A stretch of DNA of 61,050 bases, filler included, from Squatina squatina (lineage: Eukaryota), in assembly GCA_031763465.1 (NCBI GenBank). It is 4 parts of 4 records of this genome, joined end to end, with 100 filler letters (N's around TTAATTAATTAA, not from the genome) between each part and the next. Parts side by side here need not be neighbours in the genome. Positions count along the whole stretch, not along the records: positions 15,931 to 28,901 come from JARFOE010000168.1; positions 29,002 to 47,443 come from JARFOE010000100.1; 2 more parts are not named here. The stretch is one strand, 5' to 3'. Below, piece by piece: positions 24,002 to 36,562 of the stretch. A program made the position numbers and the translations under genes. The notes under the pieces are model-generated. The model was not told the DNA's origin. It made no database searches and worked only from the letters and a program-made list of their open reading frames with translations. The number at the start of each line of letters is the position of its first letter. The stretch's first letter is position 1.

Positions 24002-25019
24002 GGGTGATAGACATGTTTTGGTGCAATGACAAGCCTGCCAGAGAACATCTTGTCAGTGTCAAGGAGCATAGAGGAGCCCAGCTCTAACATTGCAGAGGGC
24101 TTTGCATGGAGCTTGGATCCCTTCATTTCCGGGATGGAAATGATGTACAATTCCATTGGGACACTTCTGGATCCAACCATGGTAGTGGGTGTAATGGGCG
24201 ATGGTGCAGCGTTCAGTGTAGCATCAGCTGAAGCAACCCAATGTCAGTGCTGCAGTGGAAGCTCAGACTGATCTCATGCAGGCTCAGCTTGCTGCCATGC
24301 AAGCTCAGACTGATGATATTGTGGCTGGGTTTACGAGTGTGAAAAGGGGCTAGCAGGGTTTCATAGCAGTCCAGCAATCTGCTCCAACAGATGGCTAGGA
24401 ATGCTGAGGCACTGTCCTGGGGGAGTGGCAGTGGCTCCATGCAGCAAGAACTTGCTGTTCTCTCTCAGGAGATCCTACTCCCATCCCTGCCACTCTGTCA
24501 GACTGCTGCCACCCATGCTGAGATGATGCAGTCTGCAACCCGGCCCTCTAGGCCCAGAGCTGCTCGAGGTCGTCTTGCAAGGCTACTTGCAGCCTATCCC
24601 ACAGAAAGTCAGCTGCCTTCCACCAGTCATGCTACAGGCACTGGGATAACATTTCATAGGAGCACTAGAGTAAGCAAAGGAACACAAAAGAGAGAAACTA
24701 ATGGAATGCACAAGGGTGATTAGTTGATGTTGTTATGCAGCTTTGCATTGTTTAATTTATAAATTATGTTTGGACTGTTTTGTGATGGTTCTCATTTTAG
24801 CTTTGTGCCCAAGTAGACGCTGTGATGTTCTGTGACTGAGGGATGGTAAGGTGGGGAAGTAATGTACAACGGGGATCTGGGGTTTCATTCAGGGGAAGCA
24901 GCTTCTGATGAGGCGCTCACAGACAGCCTGTCCGGAATGGGATCTGTTGCCTGCCTCCTATTCCTCCTCTTCTTCTCCTTCCTCCTCTTCCTCCTCATGA
25001 GGTGGACGCAGGACCCATG
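24002..25019. mobile_element. Decayed Harbinger transposon interior: probable Myb/SANT-like ORF end (+) converging with HARBI1 nuclease end (-)
   Basis: Minus strand 25019-24885 reads PHEEEEEEGEEEEE*EAGNRSHSGQAVCERLIRSCFP*, typical of the acidic HARBI1 C-terminus. Broken ORFs on + at 24026-24723. Confidence 0.6.
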
Positions 25020-25151
25020 NNNNNNNNNNNNNNNNNNNNNNNNNNNNNNNNNNNNNNNNNNNNNNNNNNNNNNNNNNNNNNNNNNNNNNNNNNNNNNNNN
25101 NNNNNNNNNNNNNNNNNNNCGGCGCTTGCCTTGTTACTGGTCCTCGGGACC

Positions 25152-25274
25152 ATGTCTGCCAAAGAAAATGCAGCTTGTAGGAAATTCCAGGCGAATATCT
25201 TCAATCAGAGCAAGTGTCAGAACTGCTTCAAACCCCGGGAATCGCACCTAACCTCCGATCAAGATTTGAACCAG
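25152..25274 (+). CDS. MPRIP: MPRIP-family exon 1 (MSAKENAACRKFQANIFNQSKCQNCFKPRESHLTSDQDLNQ)
   Basis: gaccATG start; 123 nt; CAG|GTGAGC donor; near-identical to the human MPRIP N-terminus. Could be an MPRIP-like paralog. Confidence 0.82.
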
Positions 25275-27373
25275 GTGAGCAAAAAAAAACCCCAGAATAA
25301 ATCTCTGAACTCTTCCCGGCGTGTTTGTTTGTAGACGGATTGCGAGCGTTTTGTCTCAATTTGTGTTTTAATGAGTGGAGTTCAAANNNNNNNNNNTATT
25401 TTAAATAAATGCAATAAATAGTGTCAGAAATGTACAGAACCAATGTATGGAGGCAGAGTCTGAGTTTAATACAAGTCAGGAGCTGGATTCGGATTCGCTT
25501 CTTTCTGTAACATTACTCATCCATTTCCTAATTGTCTTTCTGTAAGCCTGGGCTCTCTGCCTCGCCTTATTTGATCTAAGAAATAATTTGATTTTTATGT
25601 AAATAACTATTAGTCACAAAACCAGCGGCGCCCACCGTGTTTACACTTTGCTGGGCTGTGCACAGGCCGTTGAGTTCAATATTTCAACATCCCCCACTAG
25701 CACTCAGGCAATTAACTCTTGAAATTTCGCGATGGCTCAGCACGTTGTGCCCTGAATGTGTGCAGTCAGGAGAGGATTCTTCGATGTTCTAACTGCGATC
25801 TTATTACAGTATGGAGTTGGTGGGCGGTTATATAATCCCTCCTTCCTCTCAGTTATTGCCCACTTGAGCTGGGGGACTGTCCCTGGTGCAGTGGTGTGCG
25901 TGATCAACGGGCCATTTAAGTTTCTTGCTCTCAAAATGCAGGATTAGAGCAATGGCTTTGGAACCGTGTCGGACACAAGACTCGAGTTTTTTTTACTGAA
26001 AAGTTAAACGGATCGTCTCCTGTAATTTGATGTCATCAGCCTCTATAATGCTGTGTTTATATAATCGTTTTATTTATTGTGGGAATTGCTTCGTGTAATC
26101 CCAGACCTCAAAGTGCGATGGGTAATCTGTATAATTAGATCTCCGTCCTGTACTTATTTTGACTGATTTATATCATTGAAATAGGACAAGGTCAGGGCCG
26201 CATTTAGCTGCTGTGCAGTGAGGTAAATAGATTCTGCCTAGGGATTTACCAATAGGAGGTCTCGCAATAGATTTTAAATCCTGTACTTCACGCCAGCAGG
26301 TGAAGGCACTTAATGCCAAATCTCTGAAAGCTAGCTAGATAATAAATATGCAAAAAAAACCCATGTAATCTTGGAGATGCATAGAGTATCTGAAAAGAAA
26401 GGCAAGTTAAGATTCCCGATCAGTTCTTATGAAGTCTCTCTACCAGCCATCTGAATCTGTTTCTCACATCTTCTGTTTTTATTTCAGCTTTTAAAATAAA
26501 ACTTGAGCTGAATTATTGTTTTGCTTTGAACGTTTGAGTAAATTAGAGGATGCAAGAGTAGGGTTTGTGCTGTATTGCAACAGTCCACTCCATTTAAAAT
26601 TCCAGTGAGATCTCGGTAATCTCTTTCATTTTGAATTTCCATTGATATCCCAGTAATTTACTGCATTTCAAATTCTATTAAATCATCAGATTATTTCTCA
26701 AATTCAATCTTTGGTTAAGGATGTCACCACGCATTGGCTCAATTTGAATGTCCTGTCTGTCACTCAATGCCAGACCTAGCCTGGGGCAAGCACATTGGCA
26801 ACAGGTCATAATTATTACAACACTATATACATAATATATTGAAAACCTTATATCTACACACATTTCTTATGTCAATTTATTCCATTATGAATTCCAGTCC
26901 ACATTTTTTTATGTAAACTGTAGTTACACCCTCCTTCCAGCAATGGCAATGCAGCAGCTCAGTTTTGCATCNNNNNNNNNNNNNNNNNNNNNNNNNNNNN
27001 NNNNNNNNNNNNNNNNNNNNNNNNNNNNNNNNNNNNNNNNNNNNNNNNNNNNNNNNNNNNNNNNNNNNNNNTGTATGAGAGAGAGACAGACAGAGAGTGA
27101 GTGGGGGGTGCGGGGAGGTGTGACCACATCAGGTAAGGACAGGTTCAGGGGTTATGGTGCCCCACAAAATGGAACAGGCTCCCACTCACTATCTTACAGG
27201 AAGAGTGTCCACTTGAGTAAGGGACCAGAGGGACCATACCCCAGCAAGGATCAGCGCCTTCAAGAGAAGAACTGAAAATATGACCGAATACCATTCTAAA
27301 TGTTATACTTATCTTGGTTGTGACTCTTGTAGTTAATCTTTAAATTGTTAAGTTTGTCCTTGTTATGTTTCAG

Positions 27374-27451
27374 GCAAAACCTATCTATGGGGGCTGGTTG
27401 CTGCTGGCTCCTGAAGGAACTGACTTTGAAAATCCAGTGCAACGATCGAGG
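27374..27451 (+). CDS. MPRIP: MPRIP-family exon 2, start of PH domain (AKPIYGGWLLLAPEGTDFENPVQRSR)
   Basis: tttcAG acceptor; 78 nt; GTAAGT donor; in phase with exon 1. Confidence 0.85.
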
Positions 27452-28539
27452 GTAAGTTGAAGAGTTCTTATTTTTTTTAGTGCGTTTTGGTCAATTAGCG
27501 ACTGTTCTTAAGAGTCAAACTTCCTATAGTGCCATTGGTGTATTTCAGATATATGATGAATGTTGCTGGAACAGTAACTACTATTAACAGAGATAATTAT
27601 AGGCACATTTGCAGAGGGAGTCTGCCGCATAGGGCACCTGTTATCTTTTTTGATGGGACCCACCCCACATGGCATTTTACATAGGTGAGATCCACTGCCA
27701 CACAGGGCATGTGGAAACTGTACGGATGAGGATGAACCATCATGGAACTTGGAGTCTGCTCCACAAGGTACATGGCAGCCAAATGAATCTATGGGGCAAA
27801 CAGAATGAGTTATTTTAGTTTAATCTTTGCTCAATGTTTCCTCATTTCACCTTTGGTCACCTTCAGCTGTGAAGGTTTGATAGCACTGCAGAGATTGGCT
27901 GATGGGTGTCGCATTATAGAGGCCGATAATACAATAAGTTTTCCTTCTCAACCTCAGTTTTAAACACTTCAGCTGCATGAGTGGTGTGGTATGTCAGCAC
28001 TTGCTCTTCTCCATGAGGACGCCCAAAATCGCTGGTGGAGTGGTGGGGTCACCCTGGGATTCAAGTATGAAGCCAGAGATCATACCAATGTATTTATTTC
28101 TAAGCTCACGAGCTACCTTCTCGAAGGGAAATGAGAATAGCCAGAGAGAGGCAATATATTAGGCTATAGCATCTGGGCAGGCTGCCTGTTTGCAAACCAT
28201 AATCAGTAAGGTAGAGTATGAAACCTCCTTGCATTATGCCTGCTGCTGTCGAGAGGGACTGAGGGTGACAGAGATATTAATATTGATTGGCTTGATTGAG
28301 ATGGTGGGGTTAGGAGGAAAAGATTTGTCTTGTATACCTTTTAAGTGTTGGCAAGGAAATTTGTATGTGTGACACTTGAGGTGCGATGGATACAGGCTGG
28401 ATTTAAGACCTTTTATACATACTAGCTAGCAGGTCTCCCGTGGCATTATTCATGGTGAGTCACAGGATTCCCTGTCTTATAACAGCAGGAGTATTATGCC
28501 ATATGTTATGTTTTAGGGTCTTTTCTGCTCTTCATACCC

Positions 28540-28901
28540 TAGGAGCTAAAAATTCATTTGCCCCTGAAAACAGGCACGGGAATCGCGATGTGGGATCAAC
28601 TCGTGCCCGTTCAAAGTAATGCAGGCAGCCCACAAACTTCATGCTGCCTGCTAATTAGAATGATTGTGGTGTGCAGTCCAGCGCTAAATGCGCTGCTGAC
28701 TGGCTGCATGCTCAGCAGGGGGTCCATGTTCGTGCAAGGCTAGCACCAATTAAAGCTAGCCTGCTCTTCTTGAAGTCAGCCTGCACCTCTTAAAAGGGAG
28801 CTGCATTCTGGCTGCAGCAGGTGATTTAACTGCCTGGGAAAAAGAGTGTGAGCAGGACGAACTACAATGGCACCACAGGGGAGAGAGCCTGCTCCACGGT
28901 T
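28540..28901 (+). mobile_element. Harbinger element end with start of Myb/SANT-like ORF (MAPQGREPAPR...)
   Basis: ATG near 28867 reads into an R-x-x-A-P-R-(F) N-terminal motif typical of Harbinger Myb-like proteins; truncated by the linker. Confidence 0.5.
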
Positions 28902-28945
28902 NNNNNNNNNNNNNNNNNNNNNNNNNNNNNNNNNNNNNNNNNNNN

Positions 28946-28957
28946 TTAATTAATTAA
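28946..28957. other. Artificial scaffold linker
   Basis: TTAATTAATTAA in N44 padding. Confidence 0.95.
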
Positions 28958-29001
28958 NNNNNNNNNNNNNNNNNNNNNNNNNNNNNNNNNNNNNNNNNNN
29001 N

Positions 29002-29312
29002 GGATGTCGCGGAGGGAGCAGTCCCTTCGGAATGCTGAAAGGGGAGGGGAGGGAAAGATGTGTTTGGTGGTGGGATCATGCTGGAGGTGGCAGAAATGGC
29101 GGCGGATGATCCGTTGAACGTGGAGGCTGGTGGGGTGCAAGGTGAGGACAAGGGGAATCCTATCGTGGTTCTGGGTGGGAGGGGAAGGAGTGAGAGAAGT
29201 GCGGGAAATAGAACGGACATGGTCAAGGGCCTTGTCAACCATGGGAGAGGGGAATCCTCGGTTGAGGAAAAACGAAGACATGTCAGAAGCACTGGTATGG
29301 AAAGTGGCATCG
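29002..29312 (-). mobile_element. Penelope-like retroelement ORF fragment (RT thumb/linker before GIY-YIG)
   Basis: FHTSASDMSSFFLNRGFPSPMVDKAL...DRIPLVLTLHP...FCHLQHDPTTKHIFPSPPLSAFRRDCSLRD. Confidence 0.85.
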
Positions 29313-30415
29313 TGTGATTTCTGCATTTGCTTTGACTCATTTTTTAAATTAAATGTGTTGTAAGATAAAGAACTCATGAGAAACTTTTCAAAGCGAGAAC
29401 AAGGAAATAAAGCGGGACCTTTGGTAACCCTCAAATAATTCGTCTTGCGCTCTTGCCCGCGAAAGCATGGGCGACCCATCACATCACCTCTGGAGAATTA
29501 GCATCTTTAAGATATTCCACTCTCATCTAACTTCAAGCGTGTCTAATAATGTGAGCAGCAGATTGTCTCCCTTCGTTTCCTTAATTTGCTTCATCTAAAA
29601 GCAATTCACTCAACATCTTGCGGCCCTCTGGCAGTTCGGTTCAAGTTGTCCCGGCTTCATATTGCAGATACTTTACATCAAAAGCCAACTCTTGCAGACT
29701 GCTGCTGGATTACCCAGGCACAGAGCCTGGTCGCGGCTTACAACCAATGTTCAAGCCCTATTCTAAATGTGATGAAGTTTAAATAATAAGACTATACTGA
29801 GAGGTAGATGAACAAGTAGGTTGCACTCATCCCAGTTTTCCCCATTTAATACTAACTGTCAGTTACTTTCACGTCTTGTACCTGCATCAAATGTACATTT
29901 TGCCACTATTTTTAATGCTGTGCACATTAGACTAAAGTTGCTCAACCTGGGTCACGCACAAACCATGTTAAAGTCCCAGCGCTAGAAAAAAGCAATCCCA
30001 AACAGACAAACATCGGTTCATTGCCACATAAGATTTCTCTCACAGGCTAAAAACTACATGTCAAGCTCAACTGGTCCTGAAAGGCGCAAACACGCATAAT
30101 TATGGGAATCACACAAAAGATTTCAGAAAGGAACAACAGCGGGGAGCTTTCGGGACAATTCAAATTGTTACAGTACTTCTGCGGCTCTTAGTAACCGTGG
30201 GGTTTGTGTGGCACAAATACTTCCACACTGACAACCATTTCAATGAGAGGTGGGGGGTGGGGGGATAAATATAGTCAAAACAAACTCTGCCTAAAACAAA
30301 ACTTTCCGTCATCCAAGTTTACAAACAGGGTAAATATTATGCCAGACAGAAAAAAAACAACGCGCCAGAGCGAAGGGGGGAAGAAACCGCCAAAAACAAG
30401 TAATCTGTCACCTAC

Positions 30416-30491
30416 CTGACTGCGAAATGATTTCCTGAACCTTCAGCGTTGCACAGGACAAGCTCACAAAGAGAAGCGTCGCCAACTTCAT
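30416..30491 (-). CDS. First coding exon (signal peptide) of an unidentified secreted or type I membrane protein: MKLATLLFVSLSCATLKVQEIISQS
   Basis: gaaaATG start, basic-then-hydrophobic N-terminus, phase-1 CAG|GTAGGT donor at 30415, downstream of a CCAAT/GC-box promoter. Confidence 0.6.
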
Positions 30492-30814
30492 TTTCTCTCA
30501 GATTTGTTTCTATTTTTTGTTGCGGGGTGAGGGAGGGGGGGGAGATTGTCAGTCAGTTCTGTATAAAATTACATGACTACGAAATGTATCCTCAGAAAGT
30601 GAGTGTGTCAACTTTGTTTCCGTTGTCCTCTCTCTCTCTCACGGCGATGTGTTTTGAAGTCTCTCACAAGTTGCAGAGCGCGCTGGGTTTTTTTTAGCCC
30701 GCTCTCCCTGTCAGTCCTCTGCCCACTCTCACTCTCTCTCTCTTTCTCTCACGAACTGCTGGATCGCCTGCTCCCGACATGCACACAGCCATCAACAAAT
30801 TCAACTCCTGACTC

Positions 30815-30966
30815 GCCTCGCTCCCCGCCCCCCTCGCACGCTCATTGGCTGCCTTCCCGCTTAGGCACCTGCCGCGCTTCCAGCGATTGGCTACGCCACC
30901 GCGTCAATCAGAGGATTCTGCCCCGCCCCCCGAGACGCTGGCAAGGTATTCCGGGACTTGTAGTTC
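30815..30966 (-). promoter_or_regulatory. CpG-rich promoter: two CCAAT boxes, two GC boxes, ZNF143 motif
   Basis: ATTGG at 30844 and 30886; CCCCGCCCC near 30823 and 30921; GAACTACAAGTCCCGGAATACC on minus at 30966-30945. Confidence 0.75.
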
Positions 30967-32300
30967 TACTTTGTGTGTTTTAGTCTTACTCTATTGATCT
31001 GAGTTATTTTTTTGCGACTGCGGGTTTGTTACATTGTTGCAATGATCTGTATCGGCGTGTATCTGAGACAGAGTCGCTGAGTGAACCTGAGATATGGCGA
31101 GGCGGTGTCTGGGTTTCACGCTTCGGGAGTGTGCAAAAGTTGGCAAATGACTGTCCCCACAGTGTAACAAGTGTCTAGCGACCGACCACAGCCTTATACA
31201 CCAGGCGGCACATCTAGGCGCATAAACCGCAATTGTACATTTTAAATGTTATACACACTGGAAGGTGCCTAATAATTTACCACATTTATCGCCAGCTAGT
31301 TTATCATTTGAACCTGTCCATTGCATTCTGATTTGGCGTTGTGCTGTGCATTGAACAACAGTAGTGATATTGTTTTTCTGTGTAAAATGGCCCAAGATAA
31401 TTGGTTCACGCATGCAATTATTATGTTAAATAATGCACTGTATGCATAACCGTAATACAGCCTTTACACTTGGGTATAGTTCCATTGACAATAAAACCGA
31501 ATGTTATTTAAATTGTATTACGATAGACCGCGGGCTCCACGATTTCCTTTCGCGGCTCACGTTGGCACAGATGAGAAGAATCCTACCGACAGTAAGTTAC
31601 CCGTCTGGAGCAAGATGTGACAAGTGTAGCAAGTGCCCACACGCTTGGCACACACAAGTCTACGCACATTTATCTTGCAAATCCCGGCGCGAACACCTAT
31701 CACAACACATGGAAAAGATAGTTTGTAAACAGACGAAACGTGCTTTTGATAGGGAATGAGTTTGCAACTGACAAACGCTGTAACCGAGCTGAACAGCGGG
31801 GCACTGAATTCCAATTGCGAGCTGTTTTTAATTTTGCACGTGCAAAAGTTTAGCTCTCCGTGAATTTGCAACACACACGCTGCCTGAAATTTTTATACAT
31901 TGCTTTCAGCATCAAGCAAATCACAAGATGAACAGATTCAAACAAAGAGAACATTACTTCCCAAAATCGCTACACATTATAAGGTGACCACAGACGTTTG
32001 TAACGAAATTGAAAGTATTATTCTACATTAAATTCTCAACATGTTCAAAAATGTACCCAGTTCCTGTGAAATAGGAGTTCGCGATTCTGACGAACGTTTT
32101 TATTGTAGCCAGTTTCATGCACTTTTTGGAATTAAATATATTGGAATTCTACCGAATCCCAAGTGTTCCACCGCTGGAGTGACACACTCAGAGAAAAAGT
32201 GTTTCGCTCTTTTTGATTCAATCCTATGTCAGTCCTCTTTGCTGCACAGAAGTGGACCATCGATTTCAGTTTCGCTTCCTTTTGCCCAATGGTTAATGTG

Positions 32301-32320
32301 ACAGCGCCCTCTAGTGGTCC
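32301..32320 (-). promoter_or_regulatory. CTCF binding site
   Basis: Minus strand GGACCACTAGAGGGCGCTGT contains the consensus core CCACTAGAGGGCGC. Confidence 0.7.
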
Positions 32321-33349
32321 GAGTCAGTCTGATACAAACAAAATCCTTCAAATGGAAGGATTGTAAAACATACGTTTAAAGTCGTTAATTATCAGTTTGA
32401 AAATTACTCGGGCGATTTTCATTTTGCTGAATGTTTTGATATTTCATTTTAAAGTCTGACATTTTTATTGTTACTGAAAATCATTTGGATTTTAATTTCC
32501 CAAGATGTTTTTGTTTCAATTTCTAGAATTTTCTAGATTTTTAAAATTTTCATGAATACTTGCAATCGTTTACAATTTTTTTCTGCGAGTCTCTCAACAT
32601 TTTCTGTGATCTTGATTTAAGCAAAATAAAAGTAGATGGAATTCCCAGATGTTAAAAGTAGGACAAATTAAATTAAAAGGAATAATTTTGGAAGATATTG
32701 CATTTTTAAGTAGGGATGTGCTTGGTTCTTCATAGTCACATCTATGATTTACATTGTTAAGGCACAGGAAATGTTTCCAGATTTCTTTTTAAATGGCAAG
32801 GTTTCAAAACTATGCCTATTGTTTTAGGGTGCTTCCCTCTCATCTTTAAAAATATTTTTTTTAATGTATTAATTTTTTAGAATTAAAAATACTCTGGGCC
32901 TTGACTCCGTGTTTATATTTGACAGGCTTTCGAGTTACCTTATTTCTTTTTTATTTTCAGAATTTAGTTTTTCAATTTATTTTATTTCCTAAATTATGTT
33001 ATGTTTTGACGTCAATACAGTAAAGTCGGGAGCAATTTCCAATTTTTATGCCGCTATTAATGTGAGTAAATGTGGGTTTAAAATGACCACCTAAAAGATT
33101 TGAGTCAGATGAAACATGGATTTTTATATGTATTTGTGCTTTTAGTTCTTCACTTTTGACTTCCATATTTCTCAGTTCCAATTTTCTTCGCATTTTTAAT
33201 TATTTCTGCGATTGAGTCAGTGTTTTGCTTAATTTNNNNNNNNNNNNNNNNNNNNNNNNNNNNNNNNNNNNNNNNNNNNNNNNNNNNNNNNNNNNNNNNN
33301 NNNNNNNNNNNNNNNNNNNNNNNNNNNNNNNNNNNGCAAGTAGGATATT

Positions 33350-33505
33350 TTGGCAAGACACTACTTGAATGAATGCGAATGGGAGAGTTTGGCAATACAG
33401 TTCTCGAATGAGGGCGAATCGGAGAGCTTGGCAAGAAACTATTCGAATGAGTGTGACTGCAAGAGTTTTGCAAGAAACCACTCAAAGGCATGAGAATGGG
33501 AAAGA
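33350..33505. repeat. 39-bp diverged minisatellite, about 4 units
   Basis: Units begin tt(g/t)gcaa at 33350, 33389, 33428 and 33467; the first three share gaatga and gag(t/c). Confidence 0.8.
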
Positions 33506-35694
33506 AAAGAACTTCAAAGAAATTGTAAATAGACTCTTTAACACATTTATAACGTAACTCCATTTCTTTAAAACTAAAATGAATGGTAACCACTGTATAG
33601 GTATATTCCTTGTAAGATGGAAGGGTCGATTTTCCGAATGGGTGCTCCCAGTATGGAGACTCATCCTTTGGGAGTGCATATATGAAAATTTGCAGGCGTG
33701 CTCACCATGATTAAAATAATTGAATGGAGAAAGAGAGGCCTGCAATTTCCGCTTATGCATTCCTTGTAGGCGTGACTCCATGCCAGGCGTGCATTTGGAA
33801 AACAGGCTCTATGAAGTGGAGTCAATCATTAATTGCCGAAACTTGGTTACTGGTGCTTTTTTTAATTGATTCATGGGATGTGGACATCACTTGCAAGGCC
33901 AGCAATTATTGCCCATTCCTGTGTGTGTTTCTATGGTAAAAGCTGTTGATATGCCCTCCTACTTAATTCGTACAAATCCCGATGAATGATAATATATAGA
34001 ACTAATTTTCTTGGCACAAGTGCCTGTCGGAAACACCTTAGGATATTTTCCTACATTAAAAGACTCTATACAGGTGCCATGGTTGTAGTCATAGTAGCTA
34101 AAGAGCATGGAGCAAAGCAGTAACTTGTGAAATGCCGCATAGGTCTGTTCTAGTGGGAATATATCTAACATATAGCACTTGTGCATAATGTGCACTTCCT
34201 CCAAGTCACACTTACTTCCTGTTATACTTTTCCTGTCATGCCTAAATTACCTACATATGATATACTTATCTTGAATTAAGTCCTCCCAGTTCCTGATCTG
34301 CGTCTCCAAGGTAGATGGCACTACGCCATGGCCAATTCGGGAGCAATGCTATGGAAGATAAGCTAAACTGTATGGAATCAACGGTGAAGATATATTAGCT
34401 ACTGATGAATGATGACCAATAGTCTTGAATTTTCAAAGTGAGCTGAACTAGAGATCTGGCAAAAGTTAATTTATCTCAAAATGCTGCATTAGGCTCATTG
34501 ACTGTCTTGACATGATGCATAGAATGAGGTTCTTAACTAATGATCTCTGTTGGAAATGTTCCATGTCTGGAGGCCTTCTGGCAGAAACTCAGGCTTTTGA
34601 ACCAAAATACAATTACATGGTAGGAGATGTTACTCTTGACTGGTGGAATATTTTCCGAGCTCAGGTCGCAATTAACCTGAGGGGATGCCGTCTGGACCAG
34701 GGGAGGTACGTCCTCACTTGTGGGTATCAAGCAGCATAAAAGTTGGTTTGAGCCACTTTTGTTCAATAATAAAGTCATCGTGCAAACCTAGAGGCCTAAA
34801 GAGGCTAATTGGCTGCTGTTATGCACAGAATGTCACCACAGAGACTGGAATACAGTTAACACAAGCTATGAAGTGATTTTATAGCCCTTACATTTCTCAA
34901 TGTTTGCATAAAGTTTATGGTGTTTCCATAAAGACCCACAAATCATTTTTAAAATGTATCCCAAATAATTCATTCCCTGGCCTCAATGTATGTGCTTGGA
35001 ATAGTCATGCATAAATATTACATTGGATACTTGCTGCTTGGCAGTGACTGACTGGAGGTATAATTATGTAAATCTGAAAGACATAACAACTTTTGATCTC
35101 TCTCTGGTCTTGTCTTGGTGGTACATAAACTTCCATTGTAACTTTAGCTTGTTAAAGGAATGTTTTCTCAGAAATAATTAGGTTTGAAAAATAAAAATAA
35201 GAATCGAATCATTAAGGTTAAACGTTTAATTATCAGCCCCTGAAACAGTGTGTATTATAATATTATTGTGCCCAGCAGGAAGAAAATTAGTCGACTGCTG
35301 TGACTTTCTCCCTAGGCATCCCCACAGAAATCTTCAGCTGTCTTGTGAACAGGTATGCACTCAAGGCTTTCCCTTCGGCAGGAAGTACTTTGAAGGGAAT
35401 CTATCCCCTTTCCTTCACTTTCTCCTGGGTCATTAGCCACTTATTTCTTTCCCTCAGAGATTTGTAACAGATTGCTTTCTGGGTGGGACGCGCATTCTGC
35501 CTGGGATGCACGGCATTAGAATTTTAATTGCATCAAACATGGTTTGGCACATTTTGATTTATAGAAGGTGCTGGAAATGTCAATTAAAATGTTANNNNNN
35601 NNNNNNNNNNNNNNNNNNNNNNNNNNNNNNNNNNNNNNNNNNNNNNNNNNNNNNNNNNNNNNNNNNNNNNNNNNNNNNNNNNNNNNNNNNNNNN

Positions 35695-35867
35695 CAGCAA
35701 CACGCTCATCTCTGCCACCCGTCTCTTCAAATATCACCTGCCCCACCTGCGGCTGTGTCTGCGGTTCCCACATTGGACTATTCAGCCACCTCAGAATCCA
35801 CAACTACAGAGTGGAAGCAAGTCATCCTTGAATCCGAGGGACTGCCTAAGAGAGAGAGAGAGAGAGG
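35695..35867 (+). mobile_element. RTE-clade LINE 3' end with C2H2 finger and (GA)n tail
   Basis: CPTCGCVCGSHIGLFSHLRIH, then gtcatccttgaatccgagggactgcctaa(ga)n. Confidence 0.75.
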
Positions 35868-36515
35868 ATGTGGTTGGATTCGGGTGCGACTTGGAGAAAA
35901 TTTATGGTAATAACAGTTGTTAAGAACTCACCGGATTCACTGACCACTTTGGGTCTTGCACGCACCCTACTTGCATCCCACCCCGCCCTTTCTAAAACCG
36001 TGGCCTTGGACTTAACTATTACTGTTCAAGGTCCAGGCGAGGATTCCTAATAGATCAGAAGATCAAGATAGCTCAAACTGTGATCCAATTTTAACCACAA
36101 TGTACTGCAAGAGAGATAAAGGATACTGGGTTAATTGGCAGCCTGGGACTGCATTATCAGCTTTCAGATGGCCCTGTCTATCCTCAGTACAATGCAGGTT
36201 GACACTGATATACCTTTATAATGGTTTGCAAAACTCCCAGTTTGCATGTCTTCTCATGTCTTTTCCTATGTATATCGAGAACTGACACTGACAGGAGAAT
36301 GATGATAAAATTCATGAATATTGCATAGTCAAGTAGCAACAACTGAGACAATGAAAAGATGACATTATAAAGGTAATTTTCCAACTTCATGCTCCTGTTG
36401 GGGTGTTTTGCCTTCNNNNNNNNNNNNNNNNNNNNNNNNNNNNNNNNNNNNNNNNNNNNNNNNNNNNNNNNNNNNNNNNNNNNNNNNNNNNNNNNNNNNN
36501 NNNNNNNNNNNNNNN

Positions 36516-36562
36516 CTCCACAGATGCTGCCTGACCTGCTGAGTTTTTCCAGCAAATTTTGT
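36516..36562 (+). mobile_element. Penelope terminal-repeat fragment
   Basis: ctccacagatgctgcctgacctgctgagtttttccagca; same family as 44591. Confidence 0.65.

Noticed and set aside
33350-33505. CRISPR-like array
   Set aside because: Contiguous diverged tandem units without unique spacers, in vertebrate DNA with no cas genes.
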